NCBI GenBank assembly: GCA_002269645.1
Contig: NIVC01001959.1
Location: forward strand, 61,670 to 125,669
DNA: 64,000 nucleotides
Reading direction: 5' to 3'
From: Macrostomum lignano
Taxonomy: Eukaryota
Shown here: positions 62,031-64,000 of the stretch, piece by piece
How the letters are laid out: each line of letters begins with the position of its first letter
How positions within the stretch are numbered: position 1 is the first letter of the stretch
Translations under genes and position numbers: made by a program
The notes under the pieces: model-generated
Database searches by the model: none
The model's input: the letters and a program-made list of their open reading frames with translations, nothing else
Told to the model about the DNA's origin: nothing

Positions 62031-62741
62031 TCAGGAGTTAAAATGGGCAATTGGAAATTCTTTTCTAGGAAAGAAAGCGAATGCAGGAAACAGAAGGCAG
62101 ATTCACCAGGCCTGATTTGGAAGAGGCAGTGCGGATTACTAATCACAGTGTGTCGCTATGGCAACCAGATATAGCTACTAGAATAATTCTTCCCGCTGAA
62201 GCAGACAGCCCCTTAATTGGTGCCCCTCTTTGTGCGTCAAACAAAGTACGCGCGCCCAATGCATGCTTGTGAACCCTGAAAGGGCTTCAACTGTATCCCG
62301 GAGCCAAACCCCCCCCCTATTAAAAATCAGAAACGTAAACCTGGTATCAGTTACGGGGAGCTGCTAGACTAAAGACCGGCGCCCGCCGCACCCGTGAATC
62401 AGAGTCTGGGGCAATTGATGCGGCAAGTCACCCCTCTTGCCAAGGGAGGGTTTTTTAGGGCGCTTCACGTCGGCTTGTCGGGTTGCAGGGCTGGGCTTGT
62501 TCTTTAGAGACAAGAACCGCAACGGCCCAGCAGTCTGCGCCCATCTTGATAAGGCTACCGACCCGCTGGCGTCTTTCTTATCGGGCCCGTCTCCACTACT
62601 CATAATCCATCACCCTCCTCGTAAACCCTCAAGCAGCCCGGCGACTGAAAATATCGGGGATCTGATTATTTTATTTGCCGCGGGGATTCGCTTGCGCTGA
62701 TGTTGCTGGGCAGGGAGTCAGTGATCCACCGCATGGGAAAC

Positions 62742-63512
62742 GTGTGTAGGTTGTCCTTCCCTCGGCCATATACGTTCTCCTTCTTCCGGTCATGTAGGTT
62801 GTCCTTCCTCCGGCCATGTAGGCTGTCCTTCCAGTCATTTAGGTTGTCCTTCCCTCGGCCATGGTGTTGTCTTTCCCTCGGCCATGTAGGTTGTTCTTCC
62901 CTCGGCCATGTACGTTGTCTATCCCTCGGCCATGTACGTTGTCCTTCCATCGGCCATGTAGGTTGTCCTTCCCCTGGCCTTGTAGGTTGTCCTTCCTTCG
63001 GCATGTAGGTTGTCCTTCCCTCGGCCATGTAGTTGTCCTTCCCTCGGCCATGTAGGTTGTCCTTCCCTCGGCCATGTACGTTGTCTATCCCTCGGCTATG
63101 TACGTTGTCCTTCCCTCGGCCATGTAGGTTGTCCTTCCCTCGGCCATGTACGTTGTCTATCCCTCGGCCATGTACGTTGTCCTTCCCTCGGCCATGTAGG
63201 TTGTCCTTCCCTCGGCCATGTAGGTTGTCCTTCCCTCGGCCATGTAGGTTGTCCTTCCCTCGGCCATGTAGGTTGTCCTTCCCTCGGCCATGTAGGTTTT
63301 CCTTCCCTCGGCCATGTACGTTGTCTATCCCTCGGCCATGTAGGTTGTCCTTCCCTCGGCCATGTAGGTTTTCCTTCCCTCGGCCATGTAGGTTGTCCTT
63401 CCCTCGGCCATGTAGGTTGTCCTTCCCTCGGCCATGTAGGTTTCCTTCCTCGGCCATGTAGGTTGTCCTTCCCTCGGCCATGTAGGTTGTCCTTCCCTCG
63501 GCCCTGTAGGTT
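62742..63512. repeat. 24-bp minisatellite (CCTTCCCTCGGCCATGTAGGTTGT)n
   Basis: Direct reading. Confidence 0.94.
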
Positions 63513-64000
63513 GTCAGCATGTAGCTCCGCACGAGAATCGCACAGGAGCACTATGCTAAACTGTCCATATCGGAAGCTCTGTACATCAGTTTACGCTCGC
63601 ATTGAGGCTGTCATTCCCTCCAGAATTTATTGAGGCTGTCTCTACTCTAGAAGTGATGCAGGTTGTCTCCTTGGACCTGGCACTTTTACTTTCAACTACA
63701 ACTGGAAACCTCAAGTCTTGGCGACACAACACTGACCCCAAGCTAAGTCGACCCCCAATCGCTGCTTAGCTCAAAAATAGATTTTTGGCAATCCGAAAAC
63801 TTCGAGTATTCGGCCATTTCTGCTTCTATCCAATTGCCCGATCATTTTAATCTGACCTCATCAGCTAGTTCAGAATCTCGCCGAGCAAATTAGGCGGATG
63901 ATACAGATTGCACAGGCCTTGGTTTTGAGTGAGCAAAGATGAAGGGTTAAGGGAGCCTGGGGCTCAAACCCCGACCCTAGTTACTATGCTAAAGGCATCT

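Noticed and set aside
62481-62531. Possible pseudoknot (GTTGC/GCAAC with GCTGGGC/GCCCAGC)
   Set aside because: Short stems are expected by chance in GC-rich DNA; does not fit HDV-ribozyme topology
59796-63713. TAGGGTTTCCAG ... CTGGAAACCTCA as TIRs of a ~3.9-kb element
   Set aside because: Terminal mismatches, no TSD, no transposase

Overview
Eukaryotic (metazoan) genomic DNA with three intron-containing genes, all on the + strand. (1) The 3' part of a receptor (membrane) guanylyl cyclase, from the TM helix through the kinase-homology and cyclase domains (767-21050, 8 exons), with one 15.7-kb intron occupied by a ~14.2-kb higher-order satellite. (2) A near-complete PPIP5K/VIP1 inositol pyrophosphate kinase/phosphatase (24005-32204, 8 coding exons, ~1210 aa). 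(3) A type II membrane M1 zinc aminopeptidase, APN-like (38817-55584, 15 exons, ~995 aa), whose anchor-encoding exon has no in-frame AUG. All exon chains were assembled by hand from GT/AG sites and stay in phase. Most introns carry their own tandem repeat, so most long ORFs in the supplied track are repeat artefacts. Mobile elements: a 5'-truncated RNase H/CCHC non-LTR retrotransposon fragment, a 241-bp hAT MITE with a perfect 8-bp TSD, a Tc1/mariner-like MITE and a solo hAT end. GC-rich exons with minisatellite-filled introns suggest a Macrostomum-like flatworm; this is inference only. No rRNA, tRNA or CRISPR was found.
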